From positions 717 through 64,716 of the forward strand of contig JACDFN010000002.1 in assembly GCA_013815775.1 (NCBI GenBank): a stretch of 64,000 bases of DNA, read 5' to 3'. Positions within the stretch are counted from its first letter, which is position 1; the number at the start of each line of letters is the position of its first letter. The position numbers were made by a program, and so were the translations under genes. The DNA comes from Candidatus Saccharimonadota bacterium. GTDB taxonomy: Bacteria > Patescibacteriota > Saccharimonadia > Saccharimonadales > UBA10212. The notes beneath the pieces are model-generated. The model saw nothing but the letters and a program-made list of their open reading frames with translations, was not told the origin of the DNA and ran no database searches. Below are positions 28,991 through 38,664 of this stretch, piece by piece.

Positions 28991-29928
28991 GTAAGCGCCG
29001 ACTTATAGCCCTTGAGCGTATTTTTAAGAATGGGGTAATTAACTTCGGCCGTAATATTTGGATTGCGATTGCAGCTATTGCTATGATGGCGATTACGCTC
29101 ACAATACTACTTTTCGCAGTTGTAGCTAACGCTACCTTTAGCCATACAATAAATGAGATAACTAGCCACATCGATGTTTCAGTTTATTTAAAAGACAGCG
29201 TCACTGAGCCACAGCGGGATAAATTAATTGGGCAACTCAAAGCAGTCGAAAACGTCAAGTCTATTGAATATATAAGCAAGAACGAAGCTCTTAAAACTTA
29301 TGTGAAACAAAATACCGATAATCCAGACTTACTTGCGGCAATATCGGAGACTGTTAACCCTCTGCCGGCGTCTTTGAATATTAAGCCTAATGAACCCAAT
29401 GACCTCCAGTCAATAAAGAAGTTTCTAGATAAACCGGAAATAGCGGCGCTACAGTCAGACCCCACATCGTATTCCGGTGATAGAAAAGCAGCAATAGATA
29501 AGATTACTCGAGCTACTAAATTTTTTCAAGAGGCAGGTGTAATTGGAATTATCGTATTTATAATTATTTCGATGCTTATTATCTTTAATACGATCCGGAT
29601 GGCAATATTCAACCGCCGGGACGAACTGGTAATTATGCGACTTTTGGGCGCTACTCCTTGGTACATAAGAGGTCCTTTTATAGTTGAAACTGTTCTTTAC
29701 GGGGTGGTGGCGGCGTTAATATCGTTAGGAGTTTGTTGGACACTATTTGCGGTAGCGTCGCAGACCCTAGAGGCAAGCAGTTTTGGTCTTTTGGACATTG
29801 GTTATTCTAGTCAGTATTTTTCAGATCATTTGTGGCAGATTTTGACTATTCAAATCTCTATCGGTATAATAATCGGAGCCGCAAGTTCTGCCCTTGCCAC
29901 GCGGCGGTATCTCAAACTCAATAATTGA
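28987..29928 (+). CDS. ftsX: Cell division permease-like protein FtsX
   Basis: TM1, an extracellular domain, and three C-terminal TM helices. Has a 4-nt overlap with ftsE. Confidence 0.9.
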   Translation: MSKRRLIALERIFKNGVINFGRNIWIAIAAIAMMAITLTILLFAVVANATFSHTINEITSHIDVSVYLKDSVTEPQRDKLIGQLKAVENVKSIEYISKNEALKTYVKQNTDNPDLLAAISETVNPLPASLNIKPNEPNDLQSIKKFLDKPEIAALQSDPTSYSGDRKAAIDKITRATKFFQEAGVIGIIVFIIISMLIIFNTIRMAIFNRRDELVIMRLLGATPWYIRGPFIVETVLYGVVAALISLGVCWTLFAVASQTLEASSFGLLDIGYSSQYFSDHLWQILTIQISIGIIIGAASSALATRRYLKLNN

Positions 29929-30120
29929 GCGCTTAGCGCTAACTTCAATAGGTTTGAGGAATGGAATCGTCAAATAAACAGTGATGAAGACAAAGCTTAC
30001 TTAGTGGGGAGCTGATAATAATTGCTCCCTTTAATGCACTGCGCTAATTTTTTAAAAAGGCGAGAGATGCAAGGTTGTGGATAAAACTATTGTTTATAGG
30101 AGGGTTGTGCTATTATTAAT

Positions 30121-31257
30121 TTGTTAATTCTAAAACAAAAAGTGAAAAAAATTAATCCAAAACTGTTAGCTATTGTAATTTTCGCCAGTTCATTGCTGGT
30201 TGGAGGAGGCCTTTGGAGTACTCTCGTTCAGGCCGACCAATACGATGACCAGATCCGGTCCTTGCAGCAGGAAAATAACGAAAAACAACAAATTGCAAAT
30301 CAGCTGGCTGCTCAAGCCAACAGCTATGAGGACGCCGTAAATAAGCTTCAAACTCAAATCAATAGTTTGCAGCAAGCAATTATAGCCAATCAACAGCAGA
30401 GCAGTGATCTGCAACAACAAATTGAAGAGGGCGAGAGGGAACTTGCTCATCAGAAACAAGTTTTGGGCAACAATATTAAAACAATGTACTTGGAAGGCCA
30501 GATTTCTACGCTTTTGATTTTAGCCAGTAGCAAGGACATTAGCGAATACGTCACTAAAGAACAGTATCGTGCGGCTGTACAGAATCAAATAAAGGCCACC
30601 GTTGACAAGATCACCGAATTAAAGCAAAAACTTCAGGCTCAAAAACAACAAATCGAGGATCTTATAAAGGCACAGGAGGTCCAGAGATCGCAAGTTGCCG
30701 CTAACCGTGCTGAGCAAGCTAGCCTACTGGCGTACACGGAGGCACAGAAAGCTGGGTATGACCAGCAAATCAAGGGCAATAAGTCTAAAATTAGCGAGCT
30801 AAGACGTCAGCAGGCTATTGCCAACGCCCGCTATAACATAGGTAACTTTAGAGGTGATCCAAGTAACGGTGGCTATCCAAATGTATGGGCATACGCACCC
30901 CAAGATAGTATCGTAGACACCTGGGGTATGTATAACCGTGAGTGCGTAAGCTATACAGCGTTCATGGTACATCAAGATTTTCTAGCCGACCGGAATAACC
31001 GCGACATGCCTTACTGGGGCGGCAGAGGAGACGCTAAGAACTGGGACGATAATGCCCGTGCTGCCGGCATTCCAGTAGATTCCAATCCGACGCCCGGCTC
31101 CATTGGGATAAGTAATGAGGGTACGTGGGGCCACTCCGTATATGTTGAGGCGGTAAACGGTAATCAGATATACATAAAACAGTACAATGCCGGGTTTAGC
31201 GGCCAATATTCTGAAGGTTGGCGGTATGCCACTGGCCTAGTGTTCCTACACTTCTAA
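30121..31257 (+). CDS. Secreted coiled-coil plus C-terminal CHAP-domain peptidoglycan hydrolase (PcsB-like architecture)
   Basis: Signal anchor, a Gln-rich coiled coil of about 200 aa, and a CHAP domain with Cys (RECVSYTAFMV) and His (WGHSVYVEAV). Start codon uncertain (TTG 30121). Confidence 0.82.
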   Translation: MLILKQKVKKINPKLLAIVIFASSLLVGGGLWSTLVQADQYDDQIRSLQQENNEKQQIANQLAAQANSYEDAVNKLQTQINSLQQAIIANQQQSSDLQQQIEEGERELAHQKQVLGNNIKTMYLEGQISTLLILASSKDISEYVTKEQYRAAVQNQIKATVDKITELKQKLQAQKQQIEDLIKAQEVQRSQVAANRAEQASLLAYTEAQKAGYDQQIKGNKSKISELRRQQAIANARYNIGNFRGDPSNGGYPNVWAYAPQDSIVDTWGMYNRECVSYTAFMVHQDFLADRNNRDMPYWGGRGDAKNWDDNARAAGIPVDSNPTPGSIGISNEGTWGHSVYVEAVNGNQIYIKQYNAGFSGQYSEGWRYATGLVFLHF

Positions 31258-31295
31258 ATAAACGTATATAATAGATAGAGAAAGAAGCAGAAGGT

Positions 31296-32513
31296 TTGAA
31301 TAAAATTGAGACTGTAAGCGCTACCGATCAAATCCGAGGTAAAAAGTGGTCCACAACAACTAAGCTAGGCTTACTAGTAGCAGTAGGCTTGGTTTTTGGG
31401 ATAGGGTTCATGGTGGGTCGAGGAGATTTACGATTATCTGGCAGACAGGGCAGTGCTAATGAGCTGGACTACTCCTCGGTAAATCAACTATTTGAGGTTT
31501 TAAAACAGGATTTTGATGGTCCATTAAATCGCGATGATGCTTTGAACGGCATTAAGGAGGGCTTGGTTAGTGCTACAAAGGATCCATACACTGAATACTT
31601 GGATCCAAAGGAAGCTAAGGAATTCAAAGATCAGCTTACTGGAAGTTTTACAGGCATCGGTGCCGAACTCGGAACGGATGAGAATAAGAACATTGTGATT
31701 GTTTCCCCGTTAAGTGGTTACCCAGCGGAAAAAGCAGGTTTAAAGTCAAAAGATGTTATTGCTGCTGTTGACGGTCAAAATACCAGCGGTATGACGGTAA
31801 GTGCCGTAGTTGGTAAAATTCGCGGACCAGCAGATAGCAAAGTAGTTTTAACGATTATACGCGGTAGCGGTAATCCCTTTGAAGTTACTATTATGAGGAC
31901 AAAAATCACTGTTCCAAGCGTAGAATCAAAAATAGAGGGAAGTGTGGGGTATTTAAAGATCAGCCAATTTTCGTCTGATACAGCAGCTATGGCCAGGGTT
32001 GCTGCTCAAGACTTTAAGTCGAAAAACGTTAAGGCTGTAGTTTTGGATCTACGTGGCAACCCAGGAGGATACTTGAACAGCGCTGTGGAAGTTTCCAGTT
32101 TATTTTTAGAAAAAGGCAAGGTAATTGTTCAGCAAAAGAAGGGCAACCAGGTGCAGGGAAAGGAATACTCAAGCGGCGACAACATCCTTAAAGGACTACC
32201 TATAATTGTGTTAATAGATGGTGGTAGTGCTAGTGCTAGCGAAATAACTGCGGGCGCATTAAGAGACAACGGAGTCGCTACACTGCTTGGCACAAAAAGT
32301 TTTGGGAAGGGGAGCGTACAGCGGGTAGAAACACTACCTGCAGGTGCAGAACTTAAGGTTACAGTTGCTCGTTGGTTTACACCGGCTGGTAAGAACATTG
32401 ATAAGCAAGGCATAGAACCTGACGTTAAGCTTGAAAAAAGTGAGGATGATACCGCTGCCGGCAAAGATACCCAAAAAGACCGTGCATATGAACTACTGCT
32501 ACAAAAACTGTAG
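31296..32513 (+). CDS. ctpA: S41 C-terminal processing (tail-specific) peptidase with PDZ domain
   Basis: PDZ segment (GYPAEKAGLKSKDVI), GGSASASEI (Ser nucleophile) and FGKGSVQ (Lys). TTG start, uncertain. Confidence 0.9.
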   Translation: MNKIETVSATDQIRGKKWSTTTKLGLLVAVGLVFGIGFMVGRGDLRLSGRQGSANELDYSSVNQLFEVLKQDFDGPLNRDDALNGIKEGLVSATKDPYTEYLDPKEAKEFKDQLTGSFTGIGAELGTDENKNIVIVSPLSGYPAEKAGLKSKDVIAAVDGQNTSGMTVSAVVGKIRGPADSKVVLTIIRGSGNPFEVTIMRTKITVPSVESKIEGSVGYLKISQFSSDTAAMARVAAQDFKSKNVKAVVLDLRGNPGGYLNSAVEVSSLFLEKGKVIVQQKKGNQVQGKEYSSGDNILKGLPIIVLIDGGSASASEITAGALRDNGVATLLGTKSFGKGSVQRVETLPAGAELKVTVARWFTPAGKNIDKQGIEPDVKLEKSEDDTAAGKDTQKDRAYELLLQKL

Positions 32514-32597
32514 TTGATGCTTGCGTGGCTTTGCCAACGTGGGTTAGTATATTCGGAGTAATTAAGGGGCCGCGTGGGTCCGGAGGAAGTAGTAAAA

Positions 32598-34211
32598 GTG
32601 GCGAAAGCCAAATCCCAGACTAAGTATATTTTTGTTACTGGCGGAGTGTTATCGGGCGTTGGTAAAGGTATCTCTGCAGCTTCAATCGGTACTATTTTAA
32701 AAGCTCGGGGTTTATCTGTAAACATTCAAAAATGTGATCCTTATTTAAATGTTGACGCTGGTACATTAAACCCGGCCGAGCATGGTGAATGTTTCGTTAC
32801 TCGCGATGGCGCCGAAACAGATCTAGACCTAGGTCATTATGAAAGATTTCTAGATATTGAACTTACACAGGCCAGCAGTCTGATGTCTGGACGGGTTCTA
32901 CAGCAAGTCATAGAGGGGGAGCGAAATGGAAAATATTTGGGTAAAACGGTACAAATTATTCCTCACGTCACTAATAAAATACAAGAAGCTATAGCCACGA
33001 CCGGGAAAGGTTTCGATGTTCATATAGTTGAAATTGGCGGGACAGTAGGAGACTACGAGTCACTAAGTTTTATAGAGGCTATTCGAGAGTTAGCGATGAA
33101 AGTCGGACAGGAAAAGTGTCTATTTGTTCACGTTGTGTACTTAACTTATTTGGGCTCTAGTGGAGAATTTAAAACAAAGCCAGCTCAAAACGCTGTTAGA
33201 GAGCTACGAGGGCTGGGAATCGTACCAGATGTGTTGGTAGCCAGGAGCGAAGTTAAACCACCGCGCTCTGTATTACCTAAGCTCAGTATGTTTAGCGGTA
33301 TTGAGCCAGAAGCGATAGTACTTTTGCCAAATGCCCCTACAATCTACCAAGTTCCACTTACTTTAGAGAAGGCAAAGATTGCCGATGTTATTATCCGCAG
33401 GTTAGGCCTAAGAGCCCAAAAAGCCGATATGGCTCAGTGGCAGAGGTTTGTTAAAAGTGCGTTGACCCGTTATAGAAAAACTGTTCGAATAGGTGTGATA
33501 GCTAAATACGTCGACAATCAGGACACATACATGTCCGTCTTTGAAGCTTTACGTGCGGCTGCTTGGTCATGTGAGGTTAACGTCGACATTGTCTGGGTAA
33601 ATGCTGAGGGCGTAGAGAAAGACAAACGAAATCTTCAAATTTTAAATACGCTGGATGGCATCATTGTGCCTGGCGGCTTTGGATCACGTGGCATAGAAGG
33701 CAAGGTTATCGCCGCTATATACGCGCTAAACAATAAAAAGCCGTATTTGGGGCTATGTCTAGGGCTACAGGTATCTTTAATAGCTGCGGCTCGGCGTGCG
33801 GGACTTAAAAAAGCTAATTCTACTGAATTTGATGTAAATACTCCGGAACCAGTAGTTAGTACTATGGCGGAGCAAGTAGGCAAAGAAAACACGGGTGGAA
33901 CTATGCGTCTGGGAGACTATGAGTGCCTTCTTACTTCCGGTAGCAAGGCTCGAAAAACTTACGGCGAAGCCGCAGTTACGGAGCGTCATCGCCACCGCTA
34001 TGAAGCCAATAACTCTTACCGCGGGGTATATGAGAAGTGGGGAATACGGGCTAGTGGTGTGTCGCCTGATGGCAACCTGGTAGAAATGGTAGAGGCAATT
34101 GGGCACCCCTACTTCTTAACAACGCAAGCCCATCCAGAGCTACGCTCCCGGCCCAACCGTCCACACCCTTTATTTGTTGGGCTCATCAAAGCTGCTATGT
34201 TACAAAAATAG
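32598..34211 (+). CDS. pyrG: CTP synthase
   Basis: KYIFVTGGVLSGVGKG, GATase Cys in GLCLGLQ, and HRHRYE. Start taken at GTG 32598 downstream of GGAGG. The ORF track starts at 32574. Confidence 0.95.
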   Translation: MAKAKSQTKYIFVTGGVLSGVGKGISAASIGTILKARGLSVNIQKCDPYLNVDAGTLNPAEHGECFVTRDGAETDLDLGHYERFLDIELTQASSLMSGRVLQQVIEGERNGKYLGKTVQIIPHVTNKIQEAIATTGKGFDVHIVEIGGTVGDYESLSFIEAIRELAMKVGQEKCLFVHVVYLTYLGSSGEFKTKPAQNAVRELRGLGIVPDVLVARSEVKPPRSVLPKLSMFSGIEPEAIVLLPNAPTIYQVPLTLEKAKIADVIIRRLGLRAQKADMAQWQRFVKSALTRYRKTVRIGVIAKYVDNQDTYMSVFEALRAAAWSCEVNVDIVWVNAEGVEKDKRNLQILNTLDGIIVPGGFGSRGIEGKVIAAIYALNNKKPYLGLCLGLQVSLIAAARRAGLKKANSTEFDVNTPEPVVSTMAEQVGKENTGGTMRLGDYECLLTSGSKARKTYGEAAVTERHRHRYEANNSYRGVYEKWGIRASGVSPDGNLVEMVEAIGHPYFLTTQAHPELRSRPNRPHPLFVGLIKAAMLQK

Positions 34212-34255
34212 AATAAGTTTAGACAAAGCTGCCCGCCAATAATATCATTAGTACC

Positions 34256-34528
34256 TTATTCTACGGTAACTTCGGTTCGTGGAATAGTGCGTCCAGAAAA
34301 ACTTTTGACTCGCCGTTCTTTAAACACCACTATACCGTCCTTAGCTGCATGAATGGTATAGTTTCGAGACAAAAAAGTACCAACTCCGGCTCTTTTTGTC
34401 ATACCTATTTGACGGACAATAATATTACCGGTTTTAACTGTCTGTCCGCCATAAACCTTAATCCCTAGCCGTTGCCCGGGACTATCGTGGTTATTCTTAC
34501 TTGTGCCGCCTGCTTTAGTCTTGCTCAT
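34256..34528 (-). CDS. rpmA: 50S ribosomal protein L27
   Basis: MSKTKAGGTSKNNHDSPGQRLGIKVYGGQ... is typical L27. Confidence 0.96.
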   Translation of the reverse strand: MSKTKAGGTSKNNHDSPGQRLGIKVYGGQTVKTGNIIVRQIGMTKRAGVGTFLSRNYTIHAAKDGIVVFKERRVKSFSGRTIPRTEVTVE

Positions 34529-34531
34529 TAT

Positions 34532-35716
34532 TCATGCCTTACGTATAACAATTATTTGCCTGGCTACGACTTGACCTTCACGGAAATAGATTAGTTGCTG
34601 TCGATGGGCGTGTTTAAAATCTAAATAATTGTATCCTATATCTGTTAATCGGTCAAGGATTGGTAAATACGCAAGCCTACCGTCAGCTAATCTCCAGGCT
34701 GGTATCGCTAAGCTTAGAGTGAAGCCACTATCTATTTGGGAGCCTATGTTTTTTAAAAATTTCAAAAGCAGGGAATCCACTTCATGAATTATTTTATTCA
34801 GTGTGCTAACCGCTGGTAGGGAATGAAAAGGCGTTCCCAGGTAAATCTCACTCGCTACTGTCTCGAACTTCTTCGCCCATCGGTACTTAGTTGCATCGGC
34901 AACATTTATAACTGTCTTAAATTTTTGGTCAGGATGCCTGGCATTCAACCATTCCAAATTACTCTTAGAGTAGTCAACCATCCTTGGCTCTATGTCTGTA
35001 CCAACGACAGCGTAGCCCATCAATATTGCTTCCTGTAAAACTACCCCGCTCCCGCAAAACGGATCCAAAATAGTAGAGTCTGAAGTTGGGGTTGCCAAAT
35101 TTATAATAATTTGAGCTAATTTTGGCGGCAGCATACCAACTTTCGCATCACGTTTCGGACGTGTCTGATCACGCGCGGCGTATGCTTCAATATCTTGCAC
35201 GAACAATGTTTGGGCCAGTATAGTTTTATTGCCATGTTTAACCAACAAAAGCTCCCAGCCGCCCCTACTAGTTAACTTGTTATGAAGCACCTGTGCACTG
35301 TTTAACCCTGGTGTCTTATTGGGCACAATACGCATAGAGCGACCTGTGGCACGAACTTCTTTTTTTATTTTCATCAGGCTTCTTGTGATGGTTTGAACCG
35401 GAGTAGCAAGTCCATAAACACTAAGTCCAAGAGTAAATGTCCCGTTCGGTAGATGCTCAAGGTGATAGGGTATATTTTTAATAAAATATTTCTCCAGAAC
35501 TGGCCATTTTGTTGTCGGTAGAACCTCTAAAATGCGTGCCAATTTAACCGTGCCTCCTAAACGCTGAAACTCTATCTCGTTTGTTTCAATATCAAGAAGT
35601 ACAGCCTGTTCAATCGGTTTTATATGCTTAGCTCCATATAGTGATTCTAGCTCGGCTACTCCAAGAGCTTTAATTCGACCACTAATGCACAAACTTTTAG
35701 GTATAAACTCACTCAT
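34532..35716 (-). CDS. Class I SAM-dependent methyltransferase (UPF0020/Trm11-like RNA methylase family)
   Basis: MLPPKLAQIIINLA and LDPFCGSGVVLQEA (SAM motif I). No canonical (D/N)PPY motif; SEIYLG sits at that position. Its stop lies 3 nt before the rpmA start. Confidence 0.7.
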   Translation of the reverse strand: MSEFIPKSLCISGRIKALGVAELESLYGAKHIKPIEQAVLLDIETNEIEFQRLGGTVKLARILEVLPTTKWPVLEKYFIKNIPYHLEHLPNGTFTLGLSVYGLATPVQTITRSLMKIKKEVRATGRSMRIVPNKTPGLNSAQVLHNKLTSRGGWELLLVKHGNKTILAQTLFVQDIEAYAARDQTRPKRDAKVGMLPPKLAQIIINLATPTSDSTILDPFCGSGVVLQEAILMGYAVVGTDIEPRMVDYSKSNLEWLNARHPDQKFKTVINVADATKYRWAKKFETVASEIYLGTPFHSLPAVSTLNKIIHEVDSLLLKFLKNIGSQIDSGFTLSLAIPAWRLADGRLAYLPILDRLTDIGYNYLDFKHAHRQQLIYFREGQVVARQIIVIRKA

Positions 35717-35733
35717 AACAAGTGTATTGTAAT

Positions 35734-36813
35734 ATGGTAGCTAAAGATTTGGTATCGATGGACACAGATATTCTACCTAAGAGATCACGCTGGAGACTAA
35801 TTCTAACGATTGGTGCTTTTATTGCGCTAGCTATTTTGATATATAGTCTTCGTCACCAGATTATCGATGTTTTAAAAGATCTGGGCAAGGTTAATCCTTT
35901 TGCTTTACTCTTAATTATTCCTTTAAAACTTATTAACTATGATGCCTACACTCGGCTCTACCGTAGTCTTTTTAAGACGTTGGGGAGCAACGTTGGCTAC
36001 TGGCCTATGTTTAAAATTACCAATGAGTTGAGTTTTGTTAACTATATCTTACCAAGCGGAGGTGTAAGCGGTGTTTCATATTTCAGTCTCCGCATGCGGA
36101 AGGAAGGCGTAAGTGCCGCCAAAGCAACTCTTGCTCAGGTAATGAAATTCTTTTTACTTTTTGTTAGTTTCCAACCCCTACTAATTATAGGCGTGCTTTT
36201 TTTGGCGGCCCGTGGACACGTAAATGACTTAGTAATAATGGTTGCTACCTCGTTGATTACTTTGTTGGTGGTAGGTACGTTTATGGGGGTTTATATCATT
36301 GGCAGTCGCAGTCGTATTAATAGCTTTTTAACTTTCATGACACGGCTCATAAACCGGATTATTCAGGTGGTGAGGCGACGCAATCCCGAAACGATTAATA
36401 TTCAAAAAGCCCAGAAAGCATTTACAGAACTTCACGAAGACTATCAGATTTTTAAGAACAACTTAGGTGGATTAAAGCGGCCCTTCATGTTTACCATGGT
36501 GGCAAACTTAATGGAGATTGCTACTCTCTATGTCGTTTATATTGCGTTCGGGGAGTTTGTAAACTTCGGAGCTGTTATCCTGGCTTACGCGGTAGCCAAC
36601 TTTGCTGGACTTATATCCGTTCTACCTGCTGGTATAGGTATTTATGAAGGGTTGATGACTGCGGTACTGGCAGCAACTGGAATTCCTCCAAAACTAAGTC
36701 TGCCGGTAACCATCATGTTCAGAGTTCTGACTATGTTTATTCAATTGCCACCTGGCTATTATTTTTATCAAAAAGCTTTGAAAAAAGATTTCCAGCCAAA
36801 GCTCCAAAAATAA
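35734..36813 (+). CDS. UPF0104 / lysylphosphatidylglycerol-synthase-TM-region family membrane protein
   Basis: About 8 TM helices with a central basic loop, a layout typical of this flippase-like family. Start uncertain (ATG 35734 or 35758). Confidence 0.6.
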   Translation: MVAKDLVSMDTDILPKRSRWRLILTIGAFIALAILIYSLRHQIIDVLKDLGKVNPFALLLIIPLKLINYDAYTRLYRSLFKTLGSNVGYWPMFKITNELSFVNYILPSGGVSGVSYFSLRMRKEGVSAAKATLAQVMKFFLLFVSFQPLLIIGVLFLAARGHVNDLVIMVATSLITLLVVGTFMGVYIIGSRSRINSFLTFMTRLINRIIQVVRRRNPETINIQKAQKAFTELHEDYQIFKNNLGGLKRPFMFTMVANLMEIATLYVVYIAFGEFVNFGAVILAYAVANFAGLISVLPAGIGIYEGLMTAVLAATGIPPKLSLPVTIMFRVLTMFIQLPPGYYFYQKALKKDFQPKLQK

Positions 36814-36817
36814 AAAT

Positions 36818-37945
36818 ATGCTGGATCAGGTTTATACCCCCTCCGATTTTATTGCCATATTCAATCAGACCATAGAGTATGCCTATCCTACAGTTGTGGT
36901 AGAGGGTGAGTTGGCTAATTTTCGCATTTCAAAAAATCGCTGGGTTTATTTTGACCTGAAAGACACGGTCGCCAGTGTCCCATATTTTGGCAGTGTTTAT
37001 CAATTGCCGGGTCCCTTATCCGATGGTCTTATGGTTAGGGTGATAGGTACTCCCCGAATGCACCAGCTTTTCGGCTTTTCGATTAGTTTTCAATCAATTC
37101 TGCCCGTGGGCAAGGGCTCGCTTAAAAAAGCTGCTGACCTACTATTTAAAAAAATGCAAAAGGAGGGTTTATTTGCCCCAGAACGCAAGCGACCCTTAAC
37201 ATACCCCCCCACATCAGTCGGTTTAATTAGTGCCGGTAGTTCAGCTGCCTACGCTGATTTTCTTAAAATTATAAATGAGCGGTGGATGGGGGTAGAGATA
37301 ACTCACATAGACTGCCTAGTACAGGGAGAACACGCACCTGAACAATTGGTTTCAGCCATAGAACACTTTAACGGCCTTCAGACTATGCCCGAAGTCTTAG
37401 TTATTACTCGAGGCGGGGGAAGCGCGGACGATCTAGCCGCTTTTAATGACGAGCGGGTTGTGCGTGCTGTTGCCTTCAGTCGTATCCCGACACTGGTTGC
37501 TATAGGTCATGAGGTCGACATAAGCTTAGCGGAACTGGCAGCTGACAAGCGCGCCAGTACTCCGTCCAACGCTGCTCAGGTGCTGGTACCGGATAGAAGT
37601 CACGAGCTATCAAACCTACAGATGAACAGGAAAAAGTTGGAGTACCTGTCGGTACAGTTTTTCGAATTTCAATCTAGTGACTTAAAGATAAAAAAGGATA
37701 ATCTTGGGGGATATATCAAACATTGGTTGTTCCAGGAGAGTAATCGACTTGTTTCTGTCTCAAAAATGCTGGAGATTTTTAATCCAAATGCTGCTCTTAG
37801 GCGGGGGTACGCCATCGTTAGCAAAGGCGGTATGAATGTATCGAGTACACAAGAGGTAGAAGTGGGGGACTTACTTAAAGTTAAACTTCGAAATGGTACA
37901 ATACGCAGCAAAGTAACAGGTCTTAAAAAGGAAAAAAATGCCTGA
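36818..37945 (+). CDS. xseA: Exodeoxyribonuclease VII large subunit
   Basis: N-terminal OB fold (VVEGELANFRISKNRWVYFDLKD) and catalytic core (ITRGGGSADDLAAFNDE, IGHEVD). Confidence 0.92.
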   Translation: MLDQVYTPSDFIAIFNQTIEYAYPTVVVEGELANFRISKNRWVYFDLKDTVASVPYFGSVYQLPGPLSDGLMVRVIGTPRMHQLFGFSISFQSILPVGKGSLKKAADLLFKKMQKEGLFAPERKRPLTYPPTSVGLISAGSSAAYADFLKIINERWMGVEITHIDCLVQGEHAPEQLVSAIEHFNGLQTMPEVLVITRGGGSADDLAAFNDERVVRAVAFSRIPTLVAIGHEVDISLAELAADKRASTPSNAAQVLVPDRSHELSNLQMNRKKLEYLSVQFFEFQSSDLKIKKDNLGGYIKHWLFQESNRLVSVSKMLEIFNPNAALRRGYAIVSKGGMNVSSTQEVEVGDLLKVKLRNGTIRSKVTGLKKEKNA

Positions 37946-38144
37946 TAAATCAGTGAATAAAAAATCTTACTCCCAAATTAACGAACAACTTGCGGAAATT
38001 ATCGAGTGGTTCGAGAACAGTGAAATAAATATCGATGAAGCATTAGCCAAATATGAATCGGCGATGAAGATGATAGCAGAAATGGAAGAGCAACTTAAAA
38101 CTGCCAAAAACAAAATAAAAAAAATAAGCACTCAGTCTAAATGA
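37938..38144 (+). CDS. xseB: Exodeoxyribonuclease VII small subunit
   Basis: 68-aa helical protein (LAEIIEWFENSEINIDEALAKYE) overlapping the xseA 3' end. Confidence 0.88.
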   Translation: MPDKSVNKKSYSQINEQLAEIIEWFENSEINIDEALAKYESAMKMIAEMEEQLKTAKNKIKKISTQSK

Positions 38145-38653
38145 ATTATTTATTAATCGGACTGGTGGGGGTGCTCATTATTCAATTTGCTGTTTTTTTT
38201 GGTCCGCCATACTTGCCGACTTTCAAAGCTCAACGCAAACTTGCCCTTGATATGTTAGACCTCAAACCGGGACAAACATTTTATGATCTTGGCTGCGGGG
38301 ATGGTAGTTTACTTATTGAGGCTAGCAGGCGAGGGCTAAAAGCTGTTGGTTATGAGCTAAACCCTGTCTTAGCGACAGTGGCCTGGCTACGCACAATGCG
38401 TCACCGAGAAAAAGTTCGAATCGTGGTTGGTAATTTTTGGAAAGCAGATCTATCCGACGCTAACGGCATATTTGTATTTTTAGCAGGCCGGTACATGAGC
38501 AAGATTGATCGACTAGTAACCAGTCAAGTTGAAAATCCAATTCGTTTAGTTAGCTATGGGTTTTCTATACCGGACCGCAAGGCAGATGTTAAGAAGGGCG
38601 CAATGTTCTTATATCAATATGGTCAGCTTGCGCCAGATACTCAAAGCGTCTAA
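38141..38653 (+). CDS. Small class I SAM-dependent methyltransferase with an N-terminal TM helix
   Basis: FYDLGCGDGSLLIEA (motif I) and GYELNP. Confidence 0.72.
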   Translation: MNYLLIGLVGVLIIQFAVFFGPPYLPTFKAQRKLALDMLDLKPGQTFYDLGCGDGSLLIEASRRGLKAVGYELNPVLATVAWLRTMRHREKVRIVVGNFWKADLSDANGIFVFLAGRYMSKIDRLVTSQVENPIRLVSYGFSIPDRKADVKKGAMFLYQYGQLAPDTQSV

Positions 38654-38664
38654 CATGAGTTTAT

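Noticed and set aside
32129-32725. A 198-aa minus-strand ORF spanning the ctpA 3' end and the pyrG 5' end. Similar long antisense ORFs lie at 24111-24614 (in secA), 52016-52414 (in mraY), 11815-12150 (in rseP) and 33777-34106 (in pyrG).
   Set aside because: All lie antisense to strongly conserved genes and have low-complexity Ser, Pro or Arg-rich translations with no start-site signals. They are shadow ORFs.
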